In this document: one piece after another, positions 21,479 through 31,915 of the stretch
Layout: each line of letters starts with the position of its first letter
How positions within the stretch are numbered: position 1 is the first letter of the stretch
Virus record (IMG/VR): IMGVR_UViG_3300042484_000873
Coordinates: 25,585-89,584 of that record
DNA: 64,000 nucleotides
Direction: 5' to 3' (one strand)
DNA from: a virus
The notes under the pieces: generated by a model
Told to the model about the DNA's origin: nothing
The model's database searches: none
The model's input: the letters and a program-made list of their open reading frames with translations, nothing else
Position numbers and translations under genes: made by a program

Positions 21479-22619
21479 ATTAACACCAGAGCAAATTGAC
21501 GCATATAATGTTAAACGTAAAGAGTTTGACCAAAGCAGAGAAATAAACACAATAAGTCCGTGTGTTGCCCCGTTAAACAATATGTATTTTACTGTTGAAG
21601 GTAATGTAGCTCCTTGCTGGTTATTAGTTGGACGTGTTGATAAATGGTCAACTACTCGGTCAATCAAAGATATATGGTTTGGTGAGAATTTTACTCAATA
21701 CAGAAATCAATTAAAAGAAGGTATATTCAATAGTGAATGTAGAGTATGTAAGCAGAAAATAGAAGCAGACACTTGGCCATTGGCATTAGCTTATGATGGT
21801 TTTAGTGTGAAAGAATATCCAACTGTATTAGAATTAGAGTTAAGTAATCAGTGTAATTTAGAATGTGTAATGTGTGATGGTAGATTAAGTTCTGGTATTA
21901 GAAAAAACAGAGATAAACTACCACCTATGACAATGGTGTATGATGATAGTTTTGTTGAACAATTGAAAGAATTCATACCTCATTTAGAAGAACTTAGATT
22001 CAACGGTGGTGAGCCCTTCGCACAAAAAATTGTTTATGATATTTGTATGGTTGTAGCACAAATTAATCCATCATTGAGAATCAACATTGCCACTAACGGT
22101 ACTGTATATAACAAGCAGGTTCGTGAAATATTAGACAAGTGTAATATTCACTTGAACATTAGTATTGATAGCTTAGATAAACAAAACTATGAATCAATTA
22201 GAATCAACGGAAACTTTGATGATCTGATGGAAAACTTCCTAACATTTAAAAAGTACTGTAAAGATAACAATCGCGGACTTAGCGTTATGGTTAATCCCAT
22301 GAACAACAACTGGTGGGAAATGCCTGAATTTGTTCGCTTCACAACTGAGAATGAGGTTAACTTATGGTACAACACGATACACCACCCAGAACATCTAAGT
22401 ATTTGGAAATTACCTAGTCAAAATTTAGGAGTTATTCTACAAACATTAGAACCACAAGTTGAAGAACTAAAACCAGTTGACTACTCAAATTATGTAGCAC
22501 ACGGTAACTGGGAAAAACTAAATCATTTTGTCAATAAGCAGATAGCAAATTGGTACAACAAGCAGGCGGCAAGAGAACAAGAAACAAATAAAAAAGTATT
22601 TGAAATTAAAGCAATATGA
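21471..22619 (+). CDS. Radical SAM protein with N-terminal Twitch domain
   Basis: CVAP...PCW...CRVC; CNLECVMC; GGEP; TNGT. Confidence 0.88.
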   Translation: MNKLTPEQIDAYNVKRKEFDQSREINTISPCVAPLNNMYFTVEGNVAPCWLLVGRVDKWSTTRSIKDIWFGENFTQYRNQLKEGIFNSECRVCKQKIEADTWPLALAYDGFSVKEYPTVLELELSNQCNLECVMCDGRLSSGIRKNRDKLPPMTMVYDDSFVEQLKEFIPHLEELRFNGGEPFAQKIVYDICMVVAQINPSLRINIATNGTVYNKQVREILDKCNIHLNISIDSLDKQNYESIRINGNFDDLMENFLTFKKYCKDNNRGLSVMVNPMNNNWWEMPEFVRFTTENEVNLWYNTIHHPEHLSIWKLPSQNLGVILQTLEPQVEELKPVDYSNYVAHGNWEKLNHFVNKQIANWYNKQAAREQETNKKVFEIKAI

Positions 22620-23449
22620 AAAAGTTAATATTTAACGGTTGTAGTTTTATGGCAGGTGATGAACTTGTATGGGAGAAATATCAAAAAGAACAAGGTAGAG
22701 AATTTCAACCTTGGCACTGGAAACAACCAAATTACGATGACTCACTGTTTAGACTTGAGTATAGAAAGTATCGTAAACAATTTAATTTGCCAGCAGTAGT
22801 CAGTCGTAAATTGGGATGTGAATGGGACGATCTATCAGCCGACGGAACAAGTAATACAAATATTGTAATAAACACGATAGCATATTTAAATGATTATTCA
22901 AAAGAGGAAAGACAAAAGTGTCATGTTATTATAGGATGGACTTGTATTAGTAGAATTCTCAAATACTCACCAACACGAAATATTTTTCTTAATTTGACAG
23001 CCCAACATTATTCAGAGCATACCGAAGACTTGGCTAAAACAGAACTCAAAGAACATATAAAAATACAAATATTGGGGGCAGATGATCAGGATTTCATTTT
23101 AGATTATGTGAAAAATGTAATGCTTTTAGAAAATTATCTAATATCTAATAATATTACTTATACATTTTATAGGGCTATTGATGACGGATTGTATAAATTT
23201 AAAAATATAGGTCCATTTGACTATGATTCCACCATTACATTAAACGTAGAAGATTGTACCAATCATAATAATTGGTATCCTTTTTCTGGCGCACCAATAG
23301 CCCCGATTTATGAATATGGGTGGAATATGGTATTTCTTAATAAGCCAAATCTAGTGATATCACAAACAAATGGCCACCCGGGGTTTTCTGCAATAAATGC
23401 CTTTTCTACTAAACTATCAGAGTTTGTTCAAAAACAAAATGTCCTTTAA
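22616..23449 (+). CDS. SGNH/GDSL-like hydrolase or acyltransferase
   Basis: FNGCSF (block I Ser), GTSN (block II), C-terminal GHP. Confidence 0.55.
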   Translation: MKKLIFNGCSFMAGDELVWEKYQKEQGREFQPWHWKQPNYDDSLFRLEYRKYRKQFNLPAVVSRKLGCEWDDLSADGTSNTNIVINTIAYLNDYSKEERQKCHVIIGWTCISRILKYSPTRNIFLNLTAQHYSEHTEDLAKTELKEHIKIQILGADDQDFILDYVKNVMLLENYLISNNITYTFYRAIDDGLYKFKNIGPFDYDSTITLNVEDCTNHNNWYPFSGAPIAPIYEYGWNMVFLNKPNLVISQTNGHPGFSAINAFSTKLSEFVQKQNVL

Positions 23450-26031
23450 GGCTTTTGTATCAAAATCATTGTATCTTCTTTATTTACCACTTTCCATCCC
23501 TGAGAAATTAAGTTATTGATTTCTTTATAAACATCTGGTCCCATATTCTCATCATATAAGTGTGCCATAATACAACCGTCATCTTTAAGATGTTGAATCC
23601 AAAAGTTTAAATTTTTAATAAATTCAGGGTTGTGATGAATATTAATTAACACCAGATCTACTGGTGTAGTCCAATCATTGAATCTAGGGGTAGAACGTTC
23701 ATGTAGAGTTATGTTTGTGCATTTATTAGTAATTCGTTTCCATGCTAATTTACCACTAGTGTCGGCTTCAAAATCTTGAGATAATCCTTCAAGTAAACTT
23801 GGGCCCATTTTTTTATCTACGCCGTTGTCGCTACACATATCAAGCAACTGTTCTCGTATCCAAGGCTTTACCGATTCGAATTCAGTTAATAAAGAACGTT
23901 CATTAAATGCTTCTATACTATGAATGTTAAGATATTTGTTTCCACGTGCTAAAATTGCGGCTCTACCACCTAATCCGGAATTTACTTCTACCACCACACA
24001 ATTAGGGTCTAACTGTTTTGCTGTTCTTAATAACATAAAACGTTCAGCTACCGATATCGATGAAAAACAACTTTCTAATGGTAACACATTAGAATTACCA
24101 AATTCTGATTTAATATAAAATACTCTATTTGCTCTAGTTTTTGTTGATTCCGACCATTTACCAGATTCTTCAAAAGTGTGTGCAAATCCATCTATATCAA
24201 CTATATCTTTGTAATTGTTTTTAAATTTAAAATCACACTTAGTAACATAATTACCATCATCGTCAATTTTAAAATATAGATTGGCTATGTAGGTATGTGA
24301 GTCCGGTGCAATAGTAAATATAAAATCTCTATGGTCTAGTTCAGGATTAAAGTTTAGTGTCATTTCAAATCCACCACGAACTCTCCATAGCATTCTAAAG
24401 AAACCAAAAGCCTCATTCATTACGCTATTAGCAAAATCACCCTTATCAGATTTAATGATAGACATGAAATCAAAATTTTCGTATTCTACATGCTCATTTA
24501 TATATTCACTATCAAATTTTAGTTCATAATGATCGGTTATATCTCCTTCTGAACTGTGAACATTGGTTATAGTTCCACCGTATTCTTTGCATAGATGCAA
24601 CCATATATGTATTAATTTAATTCTGATATGCCTATGTAATTTTGTATTCATTAAATCTAATGAATACCATCCACCTAACCAAGGTGAATTTCTAGGGTTG
24701 ATATTGAATTTTTCTCTGTCATCATACGCCGAACCCATATTGTCGCCTAGACCAGGCCCCGGGCTACTTGCAATAATTCTATTTCTATGATTCCATAACA
24801 TATTAAATGTATGTGTCAATGCTTCAATATCCTCACCGGGGGCACCAATCACCAAACAAGCAGATACTTTCATGCCCACTTTATCAGAATCAATGATGTT
24901 TTGATTAATCTCTGCTACAGTATTTTTCTTATTGATTGCTTTTAATACTTTATCACTACCAGTTTCAATGCCATAGTTAAAGCCTTGACAACCTGCTGCC
25001 TTCATTAACTTATAGAATTCTAAATCCATTCTACCATCAGCACGTGCATAACCCCACCAATTAAGATTTAGTTTTCTATCTACTAGCTCTTGACAAAAAC
25101 TTCTAAACTCTTTTAAATTACCATTCATCAAACTATCAACAAATGATATAAAACTAATACCGTATTTTTTAACTTGATATTCTAATTCATCAACAACTGT
25201 TTGTGCACCTCTGTCACGGAATTTCCAATAATATACTTCTGTGCAGTAACTACATTTGGCTATACAGCCTCTACTAATTTCAGCACAGATAGAATTTTTA
25301 CCCCAATATCTGGTTAAGTCAAAATCACTATAATCAGGATAAGGTAGACTATCAATGTCAATGCGTGTATCACTATATAACCCACCTATTGCCGGTTGTA
25401 AAGGTTTGATACCGTTTTCCCAATTCTCTAAGAAATCTAATATGTTCTGCTCACTCTCACCGATGAAGTAATAATCAACGTTGGCTGGTTTTTTATAATA
25501 TTCTTCATGGCATTCAGGTCCACCCATAACAATAGTGATATCAGGTCTTCTTTTACGGATCTGATTAATCATCCACTTAGTGGGTAACAAGTTAGTATAA
25601 TAAGAACTGAAGCCTATAATATCAGGGTTTTCATCTAATAGTATTTCTAAATATTCTTTTAATATCGGTTCATATGTAGGATGAATACGTTTATAATATT
25701 CATCACCTTGCCACCACCAATAATTTGCACCATTCCATGCATCATCTAAACTTGGATTAGCTTCTTTTATAAGATAATGTGAATCAACATTGAAATCATG
25801 CACAATAGTTGGATAACCAGCTTCACGCATCAGTGCTGATAACCTAGCCAAATTATATGGAGGCATGTATATAGCCCAACTACCTAACACACATAATGTC
25901 ATTTTTGTTTTACGAGTACCTACATTAACTCCCACTGATTTTACATTCGATCTAGCCTTTCGTGCAGGTTTGAATGTAATATCAGTGTTTTTTGGAAATA
26001 AGTTTTGTGCTATCCAGGTGTCTTTATCCAT
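23446..26031 (-). CDS. Cobalamin-dependent (class B) radical SAM methyltransferase fused to a C-terminal class I methyltransferase-like domain
   Basis: PPYNLARL, PDIIGFS, GGP, IGESE (B12-binding domain); SRGCIAKCSYC; GIETGS; C-terminal domain is a paralog of 31916-32578. Confidence 0.88.
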   Translation of the reverse strand: MDKDTWIAQNLFPKNTDITFKPARKARSNVKSVGVNVGTRKTKMTLCVLGSWAIYMPPYNLARLSALMREAGYPTIVHDFNVDSHYLIKEANPSLDDAWNGANYWWWQGDEYYKRIHPTYEPILKEYLEILLDENPDIIGFSSYYTNLLPTKWMINQIRKRRPDITIVMGGPECHEEYYKKPANVDYYFIGESEQNILDFLENWENGIKPLQPAIGGLYSDTRIDIDSLPYPDYSDFDLTRYWGKNSICAEISRGCIAKCSYCTEVYYWKFRDRGAQTVVDELEYQVKKYGISFISFVDSLMNGNLKEFRSFCQELVDRKLNLNWWGYARADGRMDLEFYKLMKAAGCQGFNYGIETGSDKVLKAINKKNTVAEINQNIIDSDKVGMKVSACLVIGAPGEDIEALTHTFNMLWNHRNRIIASSPGPGLGDNMGSAYDDREKFNINPRNSPWLGGWYSLDLMNTKLHRHIRIKLIHIWLHLCKEYGGTITNVHSSEGDITDHYELKFDSEYINEHVEYENFDFMSIIKSDKGDFANSVMNEAFGFFRMLWRVRGGFEMTLNFNPELDHRDFIFTIAPDSHTYIANLYFKIDDDGNYVTKCDFKFKNNYKDIVDIDGFAHTFEESGKWSESTKTRANRVFYIKSEFGNSNVLPLESCFSSISVAERFMLLRTAKQLDPNCVVVEVNSGLGGRAAILARGNKYLNIHSIEAFNERSLLTEFESVKPWIREQLLDMCSDNGVDKKMGPSLLEGLSQDFEADTSGKLAWKRITNKCTNITLHERSTPRFNDWTTPVDLVLINIHHNPEFIKNLNFWIQHLKDDGCIMAHLYDENMGPDVYKEINNLISQGWKVVNKEDTMILIQKP

Positions 26032-26040
26032 AAAATCTCT

Positions 26041-27615
26041 TTATTCTGTAGGGTATACCCAATTAATTGAATTGCCATCAACTCTGAATGATAGCAATGT
26101 ATTGTCATCTCTATATGTATGCTCAATGGCACTCTCGGGAAAAAAACTAACAACTTCAGAAAAAGGTCTTGAAGTAGTTGATGTAGTTAAACCATTTGAA
26201 ACTTTTTTAAGTATGACTGCCATTTCATTATTGTTAATAAGAATATGTACGTCCCTGCAATCAAACCCAGAACTTACTAAATGGTATAATAATGTGCTAA
26301 TTACAAATTTATTAATATGACTATCTACAACTGCTTCCGGGTGACCACCGTCATTATACGGAACAGTTAATGCTAGAGTGCCGCCTTCGTTTAAGTCATT
26401 AAATATTTTATCTAAAAACATAGCTGGATTTCTAATATGTTCTAAAACGTGAGAACACCATATAACATCAAATTTTTCTTTAAAATCTAGTGTCAAGTAA
26501 TCTTCTGTATGATCTATTTTAATAGGATCAAATTCAGGGAGTCTAGGTTTACTCTCACCTGGTTCTATTGTTGTAACCTTCTTATCTAAAAATTTAAACA
26601 CATTGCTTACAAGACCTTCCCCGCAACCAATATCTAATACTGTTTTAAATTTAGTGCTATGTAATAATCCTAATAGGGTAGCATGTGCAAACCATATGGG
26701 AAAATTTTTGGATGTATCATTTTTTTGTATATTGAATTGATATGCACTTCCTGTCCAAGGCAATCTATTTAATCTTCTGCATTCTACTGGTAACTCATCT
26801 ATTGTTTTAAATTTATATTCAATCTCCTCAGAGGGGATAAGTTTTGGCTTTATTGACCAACCCACTAATGCTCGTTTTTCTAAAATATAATTATTGAGAT
26901 AGTTATCACTGGCATGAAGTGCATGTCGGCTAGCCACTAATAAATCGCCTTTTTTCCAATTATATATTTTTTCAATAGATAAACGTTTAATAATATCTCT
27001 TTCGCAGTGTGTCAAATATTTCTCATAAGTATCATCATCAATTTCGTCTAACAATTCAGGTTCATCAAACTTTATCCAATTGTGTCCACCCTTGTGGTTA
27101 TAGGATTCTTGATCAAATATTATAGTGTTAGTGTCATAAGTTTCTAATGGAATTAAAAATGTGTATGCATACTCCCAACCTTCTGGTAAATGAGTTCCTG
27201 TATTATTTAAATCTAATGCGTCGGAATGAACATCATATGGTTGAAAAGAATTTAAAATATGCCAATCACGGCATACTATTTCTCTAGAAAAATATTGTGA
27301 TAATTTATCTGAAAGTATTTTTGCTATTTTACCTTCACTACTAGGCCCCGGGTACCAATAATGTGCTCTAGCTTCAGGGTTAGTCCTACCCTGCTCGTTT
27401 CCTAATTCAACACCCATTTTTTCTATGTGTATTATAGTATCTGAGTTTTGTCTAAAAATCTTTTCAATTTGAAATAGTTCACTGTTATTAAAAAAGTTAG
27501 GAATTACTTGTGTTTGTAAATTATCCTTACGTTGTATTTTTTTTACTTTAGTAACAGGTTGAGTTTTAGTAACAGGTTGTGATATTGTATTACTGTTTTT
27601 TTGTGTTTTTTTCAA
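26041..27615 (-). CDS. 2OG-Fe(II) oxygenase-like domain fused to a class I SAM methyltransferase
   Basis: N-domain HSD...H...R; C-domain VLDIGCGEG, FDVIWCSHVLEH, L..GG.L.LTVP; TTG start with AAGGA RBS. Confidence 0.72.
   Translation of the reverse strand: MKKTQKNSNTISQPVTKTQPVTKVKKIQRKDNLQTQVIPNFFNNSELFQIEKIFRQNSDTIIHIEKMGVELGNEQGRTNPEARAHYWYPGPSSEGKIAKILSDKLSQYFSREIVCRDWHILNSFQPYDVHSDALDLNNTGTHLPEGWEYAYTFLIPLETYDTNTIIFDQESYNHKGGHNWIKFDEPELLDEIDDDTYEKYLTHCERDIIKRLSIEKIYNWKKGDLLVASRHALHASDNYLNNYILEKRALVGWSIKPKLIPSEEIEYKFKTIDELPVECRRLNRLPWTGSAYQFNIQKNDTSKNFPIWFAHATLLGLLHSTKFKTVLDIGCGEGLVSNVFKFLDKKVTTIEPGESKPRLPEFDPIKIDHTEDYLTLDFKEKFDVIWCSHVLEHIRNPAMFLDKIFNDLNEGGTLALTVPYNDGGHPEAVVDSHINKFVISTLLYHLVSSGFDCRDVHILINNNEMAVILKKVSNGLTTSTTSRPFSEVVSFFPESAIEHTYRDDNTLLSFRVDGNSINWVYPTE
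27547..27579. repeat. 18-nt-period direct repeat encoding QPVTKT-QPVTK
   Basis: tttagtaacaggttg at 27547 and 27565. Confidence 0.8.
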
Positions 27616-27629
27616 TTTATATCCTTAAA

Positions 27630-28775
27630 TTAATTTAAAGTGGGTGCAAACATTTTAGGATAACGCTTAATCTCAGGTAATGTTAAAATTTCTTTAGCAC
27701 GATTGTAATTAGGTGAACCTGCAAACCATACTGCTTTTTTATCAAATTCGGACTGAGAATAAGTGCCCCAATTTAACATATTTACTATGTATATGTCTGG
27801 TAGATTTTTTGGATAATTATATGCTAACTTAACTAAATCAACTATTGATTCAAAGTTATCTTCTTGTAATATAACGTTCCATGCCCAAGTCTTTTTATTA
27901 TCATGCTGTAATGTATTTTCATATAGATAATTCATGTTTTGCCACAACAGATCCCAATCACCACCGCATCTGACTTTCTCGTAACTTTCTTTATTTCCAG
28001 CATCAATACTTAATCTAACACCGATTGATCTTTCAAACAATATACTATATTTTTGTTGTATCTTTTCAGTCATCATTGTACCATTGGTACACAATACTGT
28101 TTTGAAATTAGGCCACTTCTCTGGATGCTTAAATACTTCCTCAGTTTCAAATATTTCTCTATAAACTGGACTAAAGAATATCTCACCTACACCATCAAAC
28201 GTAAGTGTAATGTGTTGATCGTGTGGCTCTTTAAATACTGAACTAAATGCAGTTCTTAATATTTTTAAAGCACGTTGATGAGCATCTGCTTCTAATGTTA
28301 TTATTTTATATGTTCTACAGCTAGGGCAAACTAGATTACAAGTGTTATCCACTGAGAATGCTATGTTTTTAGGAAACTTAAGTTTAGGATCAACGAACGT
28401 AGATTTTGGAACTATCCTACCGCCACCACCGGCAATCATAGCCGGGCATGTTTTTGCATTACAATAACGATATGATCCATCTAGTATTGATTCTCTTACT
28501 ACTCTAGCTTTCTCACCATTCCAAATTGAATGCATATCTTCTTCTAAAAGATTTCCAATAGATGCAGGATTCCAACCCGGGCAACACATATATACGCTGC
28601 CGTTAGCTTGTATTTCTACATCGCCAAATGGTAAATCACATACATTTTCATTTTTATCAAAATTGCATGTTTCACCGGAATCATATTCTTCATAATTTAA
28701 TTCTCCTAAAACGGGATCATCAATTATTTTTCTTTTCAGATGCATTGCAAATTCTCTGCGATTGGTAAGTGCCAT
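27630..28775 (-). CDS. Radical SAM protein with N-terminal Twitch/SPASM domain
   Basis: CDLPF...MCCP...YCNAKTCP; CNLVCPSC; the GGEP motif is replaced by GVGEI. Confidence 0.85.
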   Translation of the reverse strand: MALTNRREFAMHLKRKIIDDPVLGELNYEEYDSGETCNFDKNENVCDLPFGDVEIQANGSVYMCCPGWNPASIGNLLEEDMHSIWNGEKARVVRESILDGSYRYCNAKTCPAMIAGGGGRIVPKSTFVDPKLKFPKNIAFSVDNTCNLVCPSCRTYKIITLEADAHQRALKILRTAFSSVFKEPHDQHITLTFDGVGEIFFSPVYREIFETEEVFKHPEKWPNFKTVLCTNGTMMTEKIQQKYSILFERSIGVRLSIDAGNKESYEKVRCGGDWDLLWQNMNYLYENTLQHDNKKTWAWNVILQEDNFESIVDLVKLAYNYPKNLPDIYIVNMLNWGTYSQSEFDKKAVWFAGSPNYNRAKEILTLPEIKRYPKMFAPTLN

Positions 28776-28777
28776 AT

Positions 28778-30001
28778 TTACTTCTTTTTCAATTCATTTT
28801 TTAATTGTGGAACAATACTCACTATACTGTTACCGCGCCCAGTTTCAAGTAGTTCGGTATATTCAACCCAGTGAGTGTGAAGTTCTTCCCCTAGGAAATC
28901 ATTGGATAATAGATTAATCACGTATTGAAATTCATTGTCAATGCTATTCTTGGTATAAAATTCAATTAAATGTTTTCTAGTGTCATCCGATAGTGTCGCT
29001 AATGACAAATAACTTGGACTGACTACACAATTGTTGAATCCTGCTAATCGTTTAACCTTGTTATATTTTTCTGACATTTCTATAGTCCAATCACGGATCT
29101 CTAGTAAGTTGAAAGCATTGTAATTCATTGAAGCAACACTTATCAATATAGTTACATTGGGTATTTCATTTAATTTTGCTAAGTTGGGTTCAATAGTTTC
29201 AAACTTTGCATCACCGTATCTGATATAATTGAATAGTTCACCTATCCCGTCTATGGACATATTAATGTGAACTGTTTTACATTTTTTTAATAATTCTATT
29301 ACAGCATCATCAACGTATGTTCCGTTAGTAGTTACGCTTACATTTACTTTGTTTAATAAACCTTGCGTATCAGCATATTCTAAAATTGTTTGTGTTTCTG
29401 AATTAAGGAAAGGCTCACCTCCCCTAAAACTTAAAGTTCTTAGGTTACTTAAATCTAATTGTTTTACATTCTCTAAAACTAAATCTGGGTTAGGTAAATG
29501 CATCTTGTCTAACGTAGTACCATCAGAATCTGAATATGACCCAACTTCTATTGGACGAGAGGAAAAAACCCGCTTCTGTTTAGTTGGCTCGTATGTGTCA
29601 ATTATTTTGATTAGTTTCTTACGTTCAATATGCCATTTACTACTATACAATGAATGGCAGTGAACACATGCTAAGTTGCAAATATTACTACCATTAAATT
29701 CTAAATAAGTTAACTTTTCATTGTCAATATCGTCTGCTGTAGAATTTTCAAAATAGTTTTGTCTAAGACTATTACCCATTGTTTCTTCATTTTTTTTACA
29801 AAGTAGACAACCAGTGGGCCACTCATTAGCATACATCTGCTTTTTTAATTGTTGCCACTTTTCATTAGTGATGATTTCAGATATAGTATTGTCATTGACA
29901 TTACCTAAGAATCCGTCTTGATAATAACAGCAAGGCCTAATTCCCTTATTAGTATCAACTAATATTGATGTTAATGGTGCGGTGCAGGTTACAGTTGTCA
30001 T
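28778..30001 (-). CDS. Radical SAM protein with N-terminal Twitch domain
   Basis: CTAP...PCC...CLLC; CNLACVHC; GGEP; close paralog of 30002. Confidence 0.88.
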   Translation of the reverse strand: MTTVTCTAPLTSILVDTNKGIRPCCYYQDGFLGNVNDNTISEIITNEKWQQLKKQMYANEWPTGCLLCKKNEETMGNSLRQNYFENSTADDIDNEKLTYLEFNGSNICNLACVHCHSLYSSKWHIERKKLIKIIDTYEPTKQKRVFSSRPIEVGSYSDSDGTTLDKMHLPNPDLVLENVKQLDLSNLRTLSFRGGEPFLNSETQTILEYADTQGLLNKVNVSVTTNGTYVDDAVIELLKKCKTVHINMSIDGIGELFNYIRYGDAKFETIEPNLAKLNEIPNVTILISVASMNYNAFNLLEIRDWTIEMSEKYNKVKRLAGFNNCVVSPSYLSLATLSDDTRKHLIEFYTKNSIDNEFQYVINLLSNDFLGEELHTHWVEYTELLETGRGNSIVSIVPQLKNELKKK

Positions 30002-31243
30002 TTAATAATTTCTGTTAATATATACCAACTCTTTTTCAAGTTGAGGAACAACATCCAAAATATTGTTTTTTCTACTAGTTTGCATCAACGTTGTATAATC
30101 GATCCAAAAATTGTGTATCTCATCACCGGAATATTTATTAGACAACGTGGCAATTACATGATTGAAATCACCTTGCTTAGAGTTGTTTGCTGTATAATAT
30201 ACAACTAACTCTTTTCTAGTTTCATCTGACAATGTTAATAATGAAAGATATGTTGGATGTGTGAGACAATTTGAAAATCCACAACGTTTATTGACTTTAT
30301 CGTATTTGGTTGACATGTCTAATACCCAACTTCTTATTTCAACTAAGTTAAATGCATTATAATTCATCACGGTCACACTAACTTGAATATCAATTGATGG
30401 TATTGTATTTAATTTGACAATAGTTGGTTCTATATCTTCAAACTTGGCATCACCGTAACGTATATAATTAAACAAATCACCCACACCGTCGACTGATATG
30501 TATAGATTGATAAACTTACATTTTTTTAATAGTTCTACTGTTTCGTCATTAATGTATGTTCCATTTGTAGAAACAGTAATTGAGACTTGGGGTAATATAT
30601 TTTGCTCATCTAAGTATTTTAAAATTGCAGTAGTTTCTGAGTTAAGAAACGGCTCACCGCCTTTGAAGTTAATCGTGCGTAGATTGGATAAATCTAATTC
30701 TTTTAAATTTGCAATAACTAAGTCTGGATTTGGTAAATGCATCTTGGTTGACCTACCATTTTCATCATCTGTATACTTGATGACTGCATCAAACCAGGAC
30801 ATATTTTCTCTCTTAGTTTTTTCATATGTGTTGTGTATCTCTATTGCTTTATTAGTTTCAGTTACCCATCTACTACTAAAACCAGCATTACAATGTAAAC
30901 ATGATAAGTTACATATATTACTGCCGTTAAATTCAAGATATGTTAATTTTTCTTCTTCCCAACCAGTAACATCAAACGCACCATCATTAAATAAATGTCG
31001 AACACTCCAACCACCGGATACCTCCTCACGTTCTTTACACGGTAAACATGGCTTTGGCCACTCATTTGCATACATTTGTTCTTTTAATTTTTTCCATTCT
31101 TGGCTGCTAATAATCTGTAATAAACTATTTTCTTTTATATTTCCTATGTATGTGTTATCATACACACAGCATGGTCTAACACCCTTATTGGTGTCTATCA
31201 ATGCCGCAGTTAACGGTGCCTTACATAAAACTTTTTTATTCAT
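30002..31243 (-). CDS. Radical SAM protein with N-terminal Twitch domain
   Basis: CKAP...PCC...CLPC; CNLSCLHC; GGEP. Start moved to MNKKVLC (31243) by paralog alignment and overlap with the upstream stop. Confidence 0.88.
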   Translation of the reverse strand: MNKKVLCKAPLTAALIDTNKGVRPCCVYDNTYIGNIKENSLLQIISSQEWKKLKEQMYANEWPKPCLPCKEREEVSGGWSVRHLFNDGAFDVTGWEEEKLTYLEFNGSNICNLSCLHCNAGFSSRWVTETNKAIEIHNTYEKTKRENMSWFDAVIKYTDDENGRSTKMHLPNPDLVIANLKELDLSNLRTINFKGGEPFLNSETTAILKYLDEQNILPQVSITVSTNGTYINDETVELLKKCKFINLYISVDGVGDLFNYIRYGDAKFEDIEPTIVKLNTIPSIDIQVSVTVMNYNAFNLVEIRSWVLDMSTKYDKVNKRCGFSNCLTHPTYLSLLTLSDETRKELVVYYTANNSKQGDFNHVIATLSNKYSGDEIHNFWIDYTTLMQTSRKNNILDVVPQLEKELVYINRNY

Positions 31244-31907
31244 TATTCGACCCTTCTGGCATGAGTGACCAGCCAATCAATGCTCGTTTTTCAAACATAC
31301 GCTTTTTTGTAAAGTTATCACTACAATGAAATGATCTTCTAGGCATTATTAATAAGGATCCTTTTTTCCACGGGAAAATAGTTTCAATTGAGAAATGATC
31401 TACTAGGTCTTTCCCTTGATGTGTCAAATACTTTTCATGCACTTCATCAGATATTAATCCTTGAGGTGATCTATTTTCACGCTCAATCCAATTAGTTGAA
31501 ACTTTCATTATATCGCTGCCTTCATTGAATACAATTGTATGTGTGTTATAGTCACTTAATGGAATCAAGAATGTCCAACCAAATTTATAACCTTCGGGTA
31601 AACTATGTGTGTATGAGCTACCGTATTCATCAAGTGAATCGGTGTGTATACCATATGGTTTATATGCATTCAATATATGCCAATTATCACATATGTTATC
31701 TTTAACGTATGTTTGCATTTTGTTATTTACAAATGAACAAAGCTTTTCTTGGTAACTTGGTCCTGGATACCAATAAAGAGCATGAGCTATTGTTTCATGC
31801 TCAGTGGGTTCTTTCCATATCATGGTATCATAATTAAGACGCATTGTTTGTTCAATGTCAAAAATCTCATCTTCACTTAAAAAGTTTTCAATAACGGTTG
31901 TTTTCAT
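31236..31907 (-). CDS. 2OG-Fe(II) oxygenase-like protein
   Basis: IENFLS start, HTD...FHCS...KR; paralog of the N-domain of 26041-27615. Confidence 0.65.
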   Translation of the reverse strand: MKTTVIENFLSEDEIFDIEQTMRLNYDTMIWKEPTEHETIAHALYWYPGPSYQEKLCSFVNNKMQTYVKDNICDNWHILNAYKPYGIHTDSLDEYGSSYTHSLPEGYKFGWTFLIPLSDYNTHTIVFNEGSDIMKVSTNWIERENRSPQGLISDEVHEKYLTHQGKDLVDHFSIETIFPWKKGSLLIMPRRSFHCSDNFTKKRMFEKRALIGWSLMPEGSNNE

Positions 31908-31915
31908 AATATTAT

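Noticed and set aside
30498-31268. 256-aa plus-strand ORF
   Set aside because: Antisense shadow of the radical SAM gene with no motifs; the same applies to 25865-26320, 40746-41141, 60073-60540 and the other short antisense ORFs
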